Virus record (IMG/VR): IMGVR_UViG_3300008097_000009
Coordinates: 1-49,402 of that record
Direction: 5' to 3' (one strand)
DNA: 49,402 nt
From: a virus
Taxonomy: Duplodnaviria > Caudoviricetes
The notes beneath the pieces were generated by a model, which did not search any database, was not told where the DNA came from, and saw only the letters and a program-made list of their open reading frames with translations. The translations under genes and the position numbers were made by a program. Below, one piece after another: positions 18,501-26,879 of this stretch (positions are counted from its first letter, which is position 1; each line of letters begins with the position of its first letter).

Positions 18501-21500
18501 CAGAAAGTGTAGGTAATGTAGGAGCAGTACCACCATCAGATCCTTCTTTTCTAAAGAAGACTTTCTGTAACTCAGTAGAAGGTATACCATTTGTTGGCTT
18601 ATCAAATATATGAGCAACCTCTGTCTTGAATATAGTACCACTTGATCCATCAAAGGTAACTTTATATTCATGTAGATCATATGCTGAATCTAATACGTAC
18701 TGTTCGATTAGAATCTCAACATCCTCATCAAGAGATTCTGTCTCAGGTGAGTAGATGTAAATACCAGCGGCTGCTGCCTCTGCTGACTCAGCAAGCATTA
18801 ACTTAGTTTGGTCACCACCATCAAATATACCACTGTAAACAGCACCATCATTGTAGTTGAATGGTTGTGTGTTACGACCTGGAGCAATTACATAATATTT
18901 TCTATTTGGTTGGAACCCAAGTGGTAGACGAACGTCTCTCTCATCTGGAGTCTTACCTGATTTAGCACGAGCAACCAGTCTTACTGGTGTTCCAGTCTCA
19001 AACTTGTGTGGATTAGTACCACCAGCATCAACAGTGAATAGAGTTGCACGTTGAGCAAACTGATCACTAGATGTAGATGGATTTAATCTTGCAATAGAAT
19101 TCTGTGATGGAGATGTCTTAGTTGTAGCAGCAAACTGTCCAGCATTATTAGAGTATGCAGTAACACCATCAGTAGTAGCACTAACAAAGGTATGTGCATA
19201 TGCACCACCAATCTGTACGCCAAACTGCTTACCACGTACAAATGTATGTGTGTAGTTACCACCACTAGCAATAGAAGAACCAAGAGCAGATACAAATGTA
19301 TGTGCAGAAGTATCAGAAGACTTACCAACATCAACCGTAATTGTAGTTCCTGTTGATGCTAGTATAGGTAATGATGTATCACGTGCAGGATCACCAGCAC
19401 GAGGATATGTATGGTTAGTAGTATTATTATCCTTAGCACATGTAAATGTGATAGAATCATCTGCTATCTTAACAGACTCACCAGCAAGTGTAATACCATT
19501 AGCAATAGCACTTACAAATGTATGTGGATAGTCACCACCAGTCTCTACTGCAGCTCTTGTTATGCAATTTGCAGAAGCAGAAACAAATGTATGAGCAGTA
19601 GCATTAGTAGATGGAATACTAGTTAATACATTAATAGTAAATCCATTCTGTGTAACTGTATCAATCTTAACCCACTTACCACTAATAGGATCACTAGGTC
19701 TAGGATATACATGGTTAGTACCATTATTATCCTCCATGCAAGTAAAGGTTAGACTGTTATCTGCAATCTTGATGAAGTCACCTGCAGCAAATCCATGATT
19801 AGCAAGAGTAAATGTTATTACACCTGTGTTAGGATCATATCCAGCAGCAGTTGGAGTGTAACCAGTATTAGGTACAAATGTATGGGTTGTAGTATTTGTA
19901 GATGGTATAGTGGTTAGAACATTAACAGTAAAGTTAGAGTTCTCGTGCTCAATACCATTAGCAGTAGCACTTACAAATGTGTGTAGTGTTGTGTTAGTAG
20001 AAGGAGCACTCTTTAATACCTGTACAACAAATGTATCTGCAGATACGTTAGAAACATCCAACCATGTTCCACTAGCAGGATCTCTCTCAGTAATACCACC
20101 ACCACTTCCTGTTACAAATGCATGAGTAGTAACATTAGTAGAAGGAAGTACATCTAAAACTACGACATCAAATGATGATGCTGCTACATTCTCAATCTTA
20201 AGCCACTTACCACTAACAGGATCACCTGCACGTGGGTATGTGTGGTTAGTAGCATCACTATCCATTGCACATGTGAATGTTAATGAGTCATCAGCAAACT
20301 TAATTTCAGTTCCTGCAACCATTCCATGAGGAGAACTTGTAGTAATACTCAAAACACCTGTAACAGGATCGTAAGTAGTTCCAGTAGTTGCTGTATGAGT
20401 TGCAGATGCAGATCTAGGATATGTGTGGTTAGACCCATGTCCATCTTCAGCACAAGTAAAGGTTAATGAATCGTCAGCGATCCTTACTCTATCACCATTA
20501 CTGAATCCATGACCAGCAGATGTAATTGTAAGAGCACCTGTTGTTGGGTTATAATCTGCATCAGTTGCTGTATGCTGAGTATGTCCAACAGCAGTAACAG
20601 TAACAGAAGTATCATAAGCTGGATCAGAAGATCTTGGATATGAATGATTAGATCCACCACCATCTTGAGCACATGTGAATGTTAAAGAGTTTGCAGCAAA
20701 TTTAACAGCATCTCCAACAATCAGACCATGCTTACCAACATCCAGAGTCATTGCACCTGTTGTTGGATTGTAATCAACAGCAGTAGGAATGAAACCAACT
20801 AGAGGAGATGTACCAACATTAACATCAAATGTAGTGTCTGTTACACCAACAACATCAATCCACTTGTTACTATATGGATCTGTTGATCTAGGATATGACT
20901 TCTGTGAGGAATTACCATCCATATCACAAGTCATTATCAAGGAGTTATCAGCAATTCTTACTCTATCTCCTAGAGAGAATCCATGATTAGCAACAGTAGT
21001 TGTTAATATACCACTTACAGGATTGTATGAAGCATCTGTAGCTGTGTGAGTACTTGGTCCACTAAGAGTGTGACTACCAATAGTAAGAGTCATCTGACCA
21101 GTGGTAGGAGTATAAGTAGCAGCAGTTGGTGTGAAAGTAACCTCTGGTGTTGCACCAACAGCAACAGTTATCTTACCAGTCTGTTTCTTAACAGCACCAG
21201 CAGATGCTGATACAAAGTTATGAATAGATGTATCTGGTGAAGGTGATACATTAATTAAGAATGTATCATTAGTAGCAGTAGTAACCTCCAACCATTCTGT
21301 TGAAGCTTCGTCAGTTGCTCTAGGATATGTGTGATTACTTGCGTTGTTGTCCTTAGCACATGTAAATGTTAATGAATCATTTACAAGCTTAACCATACTA
21401 CCAACTCTAGTAACAGAGTTGTTACCAGCAGAAACAAACCTATGCTCAGATGTATCAGAAGAAATTCCAATCTGAACATCAAATGTATTACCTGTTATAT

Positions 21501-24500
21501 TCTGTATAGGTAGTTTCTTACCTGCAGCAGGGTCAGTTGCTCTAGGATAACTATGATTAGTAGCATGACTATCCTTAGCACATGTAAATGTAATAGAGCT
21601 GTTAGCAAGGATAACACTAGTACCAGCAGCAAACTGATGATTAGCAACAGTAAGAGTTAATATACCTGTAGCTGGATCAAAACTAGCATCAGTTGGTGTA
21701 TGTGTGCTACGTGCTTTGAATCCATGATTAGAAACAGTAAGTACAAGCTCACCGTTTACTGGATTATAATCTGCAGCAGTCGGTGTATGATCTGTCTGCT
21801 CTACATCAGTAACTTCAACCTTAGTGTTGTATACTGGATCAGATGTTCTAGGATATGAGTGCTCAGTTTGGTTACCATCTTGTGTACAAGTAAATACTAA
21901 AGCATCTTTCTCTAACTGTAATGTATTTCCTTGAGATATATTATGAGCACCAAGACTTAATACTAGATTACCAGTAGCAGGGTCATATGTAGCATCACTA
22001 ACATTATGTCCTACAAGCGGTGTTGTACCAACATTGATAGTAACAGTATCAGCAGTTATGTTAGTGATATCTCTAATAGCATTCTTATATGCTGGATCTC
22101 CTACACGTGGATAAGCATGGTTTGATCCATGATTGTCCATACCACAACTGAATGTTAATCCATTCTGATTAATACCAATTTTATTCTGAGCAGATAGACC
22201 ATGATTAGCCATAGTCAAAGTCAAATCACCAGTAGCACCATCATATACTGCACCAGTAGGTGTATATGTTCCTAGTGCCTGTGATGAGATACCAGCAGTA
22301 TCAATACCATACTCTATTATCTGGAATAAAGTAGCCATTGCTGAAATAACATCAGCACAATATATTGCATTAACAGGATTAGGATCAGTTGTAATTGATG
22401 TATCTTTTGTCTGAGTATAAGATGTAACAACACCTGCTCTAGGATTATAAGTTACATTCTGAATAATTGAATTAGCAATCTCTTTTGCTTTTCTGAAAGT
22501 ATAGATTGATTGCTCTTCTTCTCCAGCAAGATCAGCACCTACAACATATAGATTAGCAGCATCCCAAACCTTATTGTTTGATCCAAACTTAATATTATAT
22601 GCAACTGCCTCGATAACATCTACAACGTCATCGTAGCAATTAACATTACCACCTGGAACTGTGTGTTGAGGATACTGAATATTCATATCCTTAACTGCTA
22701 CATCAGCAATATATTCCTTATTAGCAAGTAACAAGTCATGTGCATCAGCAAAACGATCACCAACTGGGTTAATACCTTGGTTAATGATTGTCTTGATGTT
22801 ATTCATCAAGGTTGCTATAGCCTGTGCAGTATCATTACACTGAGGGTATACTGTATCCTGAGTAAGATTTGTATCTACATCACCTTCTATAGATGAGTAT
22901 ACACCTTTACGAACACCATTCTGATCTTCTAATGAGAACCATAGGTTAGCAGATGAATTAGATCCAGTAGCATTTCTAGCAGCACCATCGAAAGGTGTAC
23001 TTCTTTGTCCAGCAACAACACTACCAAGCTCAATAGTTGTTGGGTTAACAATACTCTTAATGTAGGTATCAGTAGGAATATTTGCTGTTGTTAAAGTATT
23101 AGGATCAGCAGTTGTATTATTAGCATTAACTCCTGTATATTCCTGAACCTTCATACCAATAACAAGTCCAACAGTTGATGGAACTGTTACTAAGGAAGAG
23201 TTATTAGAAATAGAACATCCTGTCTGTAAGTATGTCCAGTTACGAATAGATGCAATAGCAAGATCACGAGCATATTCAAAACCTTCGATAGTCTCGAACT
23301 TCTCGTTATCAATGTAGTTTAATTCACCAGCACTGAAGTATGACTCAGCAGCTTGAATAGTGTTGATGTTACCACCAAGACGTAAGTCTGAGATAACAGC
23401 ATCGAGAACCAATCCAACGTCTCTCTGACACTTACTGATAATTATATTCTTACTGAGAAGAGCTGGATACTTCTTAGTGATGAATCCATAAGTCTCTTCT
23501 TGAATAAATTCTTTATTATCCTCTATTCTATTAGCAGCATCTTGTGACTTATTATCTACAACTACTGTACTAGGATTAAGGATCTGTAATGATGATGGAT
23601 AGAAATTATAACCAGAAGGTGATAATGTAGCATTATAGATTGCATCAGGTACAGGAGATTTACCAGAAGAAGCAGAATATGGATCTAACTCAACATATAT
23701 CTTCTCATTACTCTTAGCACCTATTCTATATCCATTAAGAGTAGCAGCAGGACGCTTCTTAGGATCTGTAACATTATCACTACCACCAAAGTAAAGTCTT
23801 GTATTAGTATCACGTGATGCCTGTACATCCCATGTATAGTAATCAACTCTATCTCGGTTAGCAGTTGAATCAATTAATTTTTCTGGTGGTATGATAGAAT
23901 CAATGTAACCACCTTTGTCTTGTGCAAAGGAATATCCTTTATGTCCCTTAGCATGTAGTGATGTATTACCAAAGTTACTGTTAGAGTTGGTGATACTCAT
24001 ATCACCACCACTTTCCATTAGGAAGTGATCAGCGAAACCAACAGCGAAGATACTAACACACTGAATGAATGCATCATTGATTGCCTTAATGTGGCAGTTT
24101 CTCCAGTCATCCTTCCAATATGCATCACCCTTAGTGTGGTAAGGTACTGTTGCAAATGCATCAGAAAGAGATGCTTGGTTCCAAGTATTTGTAAACTTAT
24201 CGTATCTGATGAATGCTCTATCGTCTTTCTGTAGAGATACACCAGTGTACTGAGCACAGACCATAGACTTGAAGCCTGTGACCTTACTACCATCTGCTAA
24301 TAGACCACAGATACCCCATGTAGACCTGATAGACAGGTTAAACATGTATGGAGAAGCAGATTCAACTGAGTCTACCTCTGCTTGTACATAAGCACCATTA
24401 GAGAGACCATTAGCAGTAGAATATGTCTGATTATTCTGTAAATTTAAAGATGTTACAGTACCAGGTAGAGTAAAGCTAAACCTTCTTCTATTGAGTGGGT

Positions 24501-25479
24501 CTATACTAGCAACATTAAATGTTCCATTCAATGCTTCATCTAGACCATTATTTTGTACAGCAAAGAACTGGTTCTTAATATAACCATGAGCAATCTTCGT
24601 TGTTACATTAACAGTAATCTGACCTTGTGGAGTTGAATCAACTACCTGTAATGATTCAATAGATCTTAAGTCAGATAGAGGACCAACAATACGAGTCTCA
24701 CTTACATTACCACTAAACTCATTCTGATCATCAATAGTAGGTTGATACTGTGCAAAAGATTGAGCAACCTTACTATAGTAAAGTTCTAGTTCAGGTTTCT
24801 CAGCATACTGGAATACAGTAATCTTGTGGTGTGAGTACTCAGGTATAGCAAGGTTAGCATTATCGTTCTTACGATAGTAAACCTTACCAACACCAGCAGT
24901 AGTATCAAATAAAGGAGACTTAGTAGTAACGTCTCCATCCTTAATTGTAAACTGCCAGATGTAAGCACCACCAGTTACATTGAAGATAGAAGTTCTACCT
25001 TGCTCTTTATCAGCAGGATCAGGCACATATAAAGGACGTATATGTGTTCTACGAAGATCATAACCAATTAAAGAACAGCCACGAGGAACAATACAACCAC
25101 CCTCAGTACCATTAAACTTGTATAGGACGTTATCAGGATTAGACAGATCCACAACCGAAGAATCTGTCCAAGCATTAGTATACTGATCGAATCCAAAAAC
25201 AGGAGTTCCAGATGTTGAAACTAATCCAGGTCTATTATCAATATAGTGATCACCAGGCATAAGCATGATGGTGAATTCATCAAATCGATCATTATCGATT
25301 CCAGGAGCATAAGAATATCTTGCTACCTCGATAAATGCCCTTTGAATGGTTACAAATGGGCGGTTTGGTGAATTACCTCTATTGTCTAATTCATCAGAAG
25401 CATTGAAATCATCTGGTGAGACATACAAATATCTACCAGTCTTACTGGAGATTAAGTTATCTAATCTTGTTAATGGCAT
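12529..25479 (-). CDS. giant virion structural / tail-fibre-like protein (4316 aa)
   Basis: N-terminal 'YVS...D...G.S..RPF.TIQRA' beta-helix-type start, internal repeats, and C-terminal 'FTLP..A..GD.IR.ID..G' T4 gp9/gp10/gp34-type module. Late-promoter-like ATAAATA upstream; followed by collar genes. Confidence 0.85.
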   Translation of the reverse strand: MPLTRLDNLISSKTGRYLYVSPDDFNASDELDNRGNSPNRPFVTIQRAFIEVARYSYAPGIDNDRFDEFTIMLMPGDHYIDNRPGLVSTSGTPVFGFDQYTNAWTDSSVVDLSNPDNVLYKFNGTEGGCIVPRGCSLIGYDLRRTHIRPLYVPDPADKEQGRTSIFNVTGGAYIWQFTIKDGDVTTKSPLFDTTAGVGKVYYRKNDNANLAIPEYSHHKITVFQYAEKPELELYYSKVAQSFAQYQPTIDDQNEFSGNVSETRIVGPLSDLRSIESLQVVDSTPQGQITVNVTTKIAHGYIKNQFFAVQNNGLDEALNGTFNVASIDPLNRRRFSFTLPGTVTSLNLQNNQTYSTANGLSNGAYVQAEVDSVESASPYMFNLSIRSTWGICGLLADGSKVTGFKSMVCAQYTGVSLQKDDRAFIRYDKFTNTWNQASLSDAFATVPYHTKGDAYWKDDWRNCHIKAINDAFIQCVSIFAVGFADHFLMESGGDMSITNSNSNFGNTSLHAKGHKGYSFAQDKGGYIDSIIPPEKLIDSTANRDRVDYYTWDVQASRDTNTRLYFGGSDNVTDPKKRPAATLNGYRIGAKSNEKIYVELDPYSASSGKSPVPDAIYNATLSPSGYNFYPSSLQILNPSTVVVDNKSQDAANRIEDNKEFIQEETYGFITKKYPALLSKNIIISKCQRDVGLVLDAVISDLRLGGNINTIQAAESYFSAGELNYIDNEKFETIEGFEYARDLAIASIRNWTYLQTGCSISNNSSLVTVPSTVGLVIGMKVQEYTGVNANNTTADPNTLTTANIPTDTYIKSIVNPTTIELGSVVAGQRSTPFDGAARNATGSNSSANLWFSLEDQNGVRKGVYSSIEGDVDTNLTQDTVYPQCNDTAQAIATLMNNIKTIINQGINPVGDRFADAHDLLLANKEYIADVAVKDMNIQYPQHTVPGGNVNCYDDVVDVIEAVAYNIKFGSNNKVWDAANLYVVGADLAGEEEQSIYTFRKAKEIANSIIQNVTYNPRAGVVTSYTQTKDTSITTDPNPVNAIYCADVISAMATLFQIIEYGIDTAGISSQALGTYTPTGAVYDGATGDLTLTMANHGLSAQNKIGINQNGLTFSCGMDNHGSNHAYPRVGDPAYKNAIRDITNITADTVTINVGTTPLVGHNVSDATYDPATGNLVLSLGAHNISQGNTLQLEKDALVFTCTQDGNQTEHSYPRTSDPVYNTKVEVTDVEQTDHTPTAADYNPVNGELVLTVSNHGFKARSTHTPTDASFDPATGILTLTVANHQFAAGTSVILANSSITFTCAKDSHATNHSYPRATDPAAGKKLPIQNITGNTFDVQIGISSDTSEHRFVSAGNNSVTRVGSMVKLVNDSLTFTCAKDNNASNHTYPRATDEASTEWLEVTTATNDTFLINVSPSPDTSIHNFVSASAGAVKKQTGKITVAVGATPEVTFTPTAATYTPTTGQMTLTIGSHTLSGPSTHTATDASYNPVSGILTTTVANHGFSLGDRVRIADNSLIMTCDMDGNSSQKSYPRSTDPYSNKWIDVVGVTDTTFDVNVGTSPLVGFIPTAVDYNPTTGAMTLDVGKHGLIVGDAVKFAANSLTFTCAQDGGGSNHSYPRSSDPAYDTSVTVTAVGHTQHTATDADYNPTTGALTITSAGHGFSNGDRVRIADDSLTFTCAEDGHGSNHTYPRSASATHTATTGTTYDPVTGVLSITTSSPHGMVAGTEIKFADDSLTFTCAMDSDATNHTYPRAGDPVSGKWLKIENVAASSFDVVVLDVLPSTNVTTHAFVTGSGGGITERDPASGTWLDVSNVSADTFVVQVLKSAPSTNTTLHTFVSATANGIEHENSNFTVNVLTTIPSTNTTTHTFVPNTGYTPTAAGYDPNTGVITFTLANHGFAAGDFIKIADNSLTFTCMEDNNGTNHVYPRPSDPISGKWVKIDTVTQNGFTINVLTSIPSTNATAHTFVSASANCITRAAVETGGDYPHTFVSAIANGITLAGESVKIADDSITFTCAKDNNTTNHTYPRAGDPARDTSLPILASTGTTITVDVGKSSDTSAHTFVSALGSSIASGGNYTHTFVRGKQFGVQIGGAYAHTFVSATTDGVTAYSNNAGQFAATTKTSPSQNSIARLNPSTSSDQFAQRATLFTVDAGGTNPHKFETGTPVRLVARAKSGKTPDERDVRLPLGFQPNRKYYVIAPGRNTQPFNYNDGAVYSGIFDGGDQTKLMLAESAEAAAAGIYIYSPETESLDEDVEILIEQYVLDSAYDLHEYKVTFDGSSGTIFKTEVAHIFDKPTNGIPSTELQKVFFRKEGSDGGTAPTLPTLSGGGGALVSPTQEYYVRYETEDTFKIFATAADAIAGAPEVVLVNNPDQYWYVFANKRTSPMRFDPTFVDTAASRVPPIPDGLWYLNLKDETSLDDNIITRIQESDYDPSSGQTQTTDSYYTRLKDDRVANDRIYRLRYVQPKEYPGSVRQPNNGFVMKIRTDTKRNLLPQNIVLEKVGGSPDIADFRNPQSANSTETLGMSKVDFDAAVQAGTLTAKNIYDPDNHPRIVNTDNYIRFSIRSARKIGPAGSEKLELTVFDHTVDDTNAPNLKNTVFHTVEINAPQAGSFATSKTTSAPTNIVEWTGGSSGFGYLHAYFSVVVGADTKHYIILKDVSARPTYNPLTATRFQQGAVYADQQADVNGGRDSKGNNLYVVGDSNVFTVTPGDTLNDTVGNTYKVVSVEDVKDIDDTFYIFDSDIIQERVAGQQDGIYYLTAVRGNISPMPRGAGVGANFQNFKFSQPISSLYPLDYKNDPLWYQVIDNNGTKNALITDPPAANSFADNYTHGLVWVNDYKRSMTKEAIEDLTQSGYFSGYTYANAGNTLQAVTGNATAGSEQRQIPIAGDTESVHDQKVYIELRRPSIARSGNHTFEYLGFGPGNYSSGLPARQEVILSEFQDYYSQAKREDGGIVFYTGLNSNGDLYIGNKKIDAITGEETFLEKAQLESSEDDTDIITTLVTSFDTPVTFKDKITVEGIGYFNNRVIISTQPPTESPALTILSNPRSDGGGEDNTLTRGNWSDRNKGDMTLSRNKISTAVYHIKGRGTGLFPGQEYSIRTNFSFSENEPSNRTPDQSTTFSPEQFVRYYNSSDVDANAQAGDILYKGRSIEQSGSLAWIYANYYSIIPNTSVLQLLANGSNTVQLHWSGAFTNGDSGINIGVGKTILIKGFSDPRVNGKWVITKADQTGADDGFCEFVVNNSIPTTTFTWATESSVILERSDENWKETGVIGSEVIRTKTSTIGDYKLGINTIARTAHNSHEHGFLTYTASGTVYNQQEPRANLDVVGNAFISGKAINNYTGEATTTKTETGLKDALIVGGDSIVSDNLATLRVSTLETRVGINATDDDLDSTLTIKVGSGETNALHLVTVGSDIANADIDGNLNIDGGSITTNATTFNVLDTNATTLNVGGLATTVNLFEDATAAQTINVGTSSTDTTLNIHTSSTDSTVNVGTVADSATNKSILTFGGAFSNTANSTFTIKNAQTILDGDLDVNGGDLQSNSQTINLFTRAGAGSIVNFATRASQFAIGGVAGTTEVRNSLQVNGDTDMYGDVTMHGGSNSGTVTVDRQQLNTAQIAHAPGNLQNLNVDFYKYVADIDSFQVITSVAANGVISVNENYFLDGNVVRFTDITGLSGGGISTSTPYWIINSTGSSFQVATSEGGSPVQVGGTPGTSAGITLQNTLVDTGTGTTQWTANSNDAEYNRLPVNNVRGIAIGDILIIGTELVEVVSPGPDANTRIVPVNRGVDCTTVAIHADNSVIYKLERSNDATYLVGRVPQTSTTPALSNLVNNADTLEVPINELGTGDAVKFSNVGSIVGVNTTATYFVVNAVNDTGNSVTRFNLSLDPDGGAVPISGSVGSAILNFSADLVSLAEFGGQFSVGDYLRLNGANAPSCTGEFVRITAVNDTNAEKFSVNNGAQQDRFVIDSVFGGVDSTILGSQDFSINLTGNASTNSTDNQFRIINGQPTANTRLTIDSDGKFTVVGIGTEAAPKAIIDKGGNQWLAGNLRVQNDGTVGSADDALMSAYLQVSTGNLEISGHLQIDDDFSVFSGTTGIQFGDTSTAKLHVDAQTGDTRIGVAGSAIGTGDLTVNGGQVTINSLAQARTSADNTKALEINGLGNDDDRLFRIRQDAAIDAFGVDRYWGKNGGLNWEFKSSDATLETGKNYFVAIAATAVFTLPADAETGDMIRMIDLGGNLSYSTSLIVRAPVGVQMQGDATGTLAGGLSSAYQGGEMIVQTRNAGFGFVFAGAKDGTETGTIPSNYRGWWLVEL
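19150..22269 (-). repeat. ten nested ~104-aa Cys/His repeat domains (aa ~1071-2110 of the giant protein)
   Basis: 10 copies each of 'Y.P.TG.L.....H', 'L.FTC..D....NH.YPR' and 'H.FV', arranged in nested rather than tandem order. Confidence 0.85.
22300..23541 (-). repeat. two helical repeats in the giant protein
   Basis: 'DA...I..NKEFI......KCQRDV..V.DAV..DL..GGN' versus 'DA.DLL.ANKEYI......NCYDDV..V.EAV..NI..GSN', each closed by 'C.D...A.ATL...I'. Confidence 0.7.
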
Positions 25480-25520
25480 AGTCCTTGGATTACCAATTGG
25501 TTGTTATAGCTGTCCTTGGG

Positions 25521-25652
25521 TTATTTATCAGAGTTATTCTCTCTCATTTCAGCATGAAGACGTTCAAGAGCTTTAGTTGCTTCAGGAGTTTCTTCCCACT
25601 CCCATGTCTCCTCACGTCCTTTCTTGTCAGTTTTAGTGAATTGCTTTTTCAT
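25521..25652 (-). CDS. small hypothetical protein (43 aa)
   Basis: Manual ORF MKKQFTKTDKKGREETWEWEETPEATKALERLHAEMRENNSDK*. Preceded by CTAAATA at 25672-25678; its end contains the ATAAATA upstream of the giant gene. Confidence 0.6.
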   Translation of the reverse strand: MKKQFTKTDKKGREETWEWEETPEATKALERLHAEMRENNSDK

Positions 25653-25670
25653 AGTATTATTGCACCCAAT

Positions 25671-26240
25671 CTATTTAGATGGTGTAAAGTAGTTAAAGTT
25701 TATCACACACTTAAATCTTGCGTCAAGTTGACTAACACCTCTATGGGATAATGATGATGGAAAAGTAATAAATCTGTTAGCACGACATTCTACTTTAGAA
25801 CCATCTTCAAATTCGGTATACCCATCACATGTATTCATATAAAAGATACCTGTGGTCATACTATCACATTTATAATCATTATGAAACTCACTATAATAAC
25901 GGTCAACACCACTTACTACATTACTAACAGTTCCCTCCTCACCATGCCACACATCAAGTCCCACTTTTAAAGGTTCAAGATTAGCTTTAATTCTGTAGAT
26001 ACCGATAGTACTCAATCTAGATAATATTGGTAGCATTAAAGGAAATTTCTCAGATCTTGTGAATACACGAGCATCACTATTCATCTCATAAAATACATGA
26101 GTGAACTGATAATTATTAAAATCAACTGATCCATTTACCTTCGCTTCATTATAATACCAAGGTACACCACCAAAAAAGACTTCTTCTCTGAGCTGACCAA
26201 ACTCTACCTTAGTTAAATAATCATCGTGTAAATTTATCAT
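25671..26240 (-). CDS. 2OG-Fe(II) oxygenase-like protein
   Basis: 'RIKANL', 'FHND', 'TGIFYMNT.DGYTEF', 'NRFITFP....HRG' and 'VINFNYF'. Confidence 0.75.
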   Translation of the reverse strand: MINLHDDYLTKVEFGQLREEVFFGGVPWYYNEAKVNGSVDFNNYQFTHVFYEMNSDARVFTRSEKFPLMLPILSRLSTIGIYRIKANLEPLKVGLDVWHGEEGTVSNVVSGVDRYYSEFHNDYKCDSMTTGIFYMNTCDGYTEFEDGSKVECRANRFITFPSSLSHRGVSQLDARFKCVINFNYFTPSK

Positions 26241-26827
26241 TGGTGTAAATAAGCAGATATGATGTATTTTTTACCTTTATTGGGTGTTACTCCTCTATGG
26301 ATACAATTCCATGTCGATGGAAACATAACCAGTTTACCAGTAGAAGGTATAATTTTCTTACCACTAATGAATTCAGTCTCCCCACCGTCAACATCATTCA
26401 AATAAAATAACATAGCGATCATTCTAGGAGATTTTCTATCTATCACAAAATCATCATGCCAGTGAAAATATCCACCTGGTTCATATGCCTTTACATTATA
26501 ACCATGATCATCAAACTTTGCATTATAAAATGGATTAGGAGTTGGATCAAGCTTATTGAAAATTTCAAAGCAATAATCTATGTAGTTCTGTATATTCTCA
26601 CTAACACTCTTAGAAATTATATCATCCAAATCTTTCCAATCTTCCAGATCTGTTATATACAAATCTATAGAAGTCTTTAAACTGTTTTTAACTATTCTAC
26701 TACTATTATCAGAATTACCTATAAGACCAGGAGCTTTACGATCATCACCTTCAAATTTTTCTATTATCTGTTCACATACTTCCTTACTTAAAGCAGTTTC
26801 ATTAACATAGATGAAATCCTCCATCAC
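26237..26827 (-). CDS. 2OG-Fe(II) oxygenase (prolyl 4-hydroxylase-like)
   Basis: 'GGYFHWHDD', 'FYLNDVDGGETEF', 'FPSTW..IHRG' and 'KYIISAYL'. Confidence 0.9.
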   Translation of the reverse strand: MMEDFIYVNETALSKEVCEQIIEKFEGDDRKAPGLIGNSDNSSRIVKNSLKTSIDLYITDLEDWKDLDDIISKSVSENIQNYIDYCFEIFNKLDPTPNPFYNAKFDDHGYNVKAYEPGGYFHWHDDFVIDRKSPRMIAMLFYLNDVDGGETEFISGKKIIPSTGKLVMFPSTWNCIHRGVTPNKGKKYIISAYLHQ

Positions 26828-26853
26828 GATTTTTGGCCAGAGAAATTTTTACG

Positions 26854-26875
26854 AAAAAGGGGGAATCTCACCCCC
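26854..26875 (-). terminator. intrinsic terminator after the tmRNA
   Basis: Minus strand GGGGG-TGAGATT-CCCCC-TTTTT. Confidence 0.7.
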
Positions 26876-26879
26876 AATT

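Noticed and set aside
19150-22269. Repeats as a CRISPR array, DGR or assembly artefact
   Set aside because: Similarity is at the protein level with divergent DNA, the frame is intact throughout, there are no identical spaced repeats, and no reverse transcriptase is present.
12560-25576. Many 60-130 aa plus-strand and alternate-frame ORFs inside the giant gene (and similarly inside the collar, gp5 and gp29-like genes)
   Set aside because: Shadow ORFs produced by the codon bias of the real minus-strand genes; no motifs or independent signals.
25671-26240. DNA endonuclease V (DenV) label that I recall being attached to similar cyanophage proteins
   Set aside because: The motifs (HxD, distal H, beta-strand core) fit a 2OG-Fe(II) oxygenase fold, not DenV.
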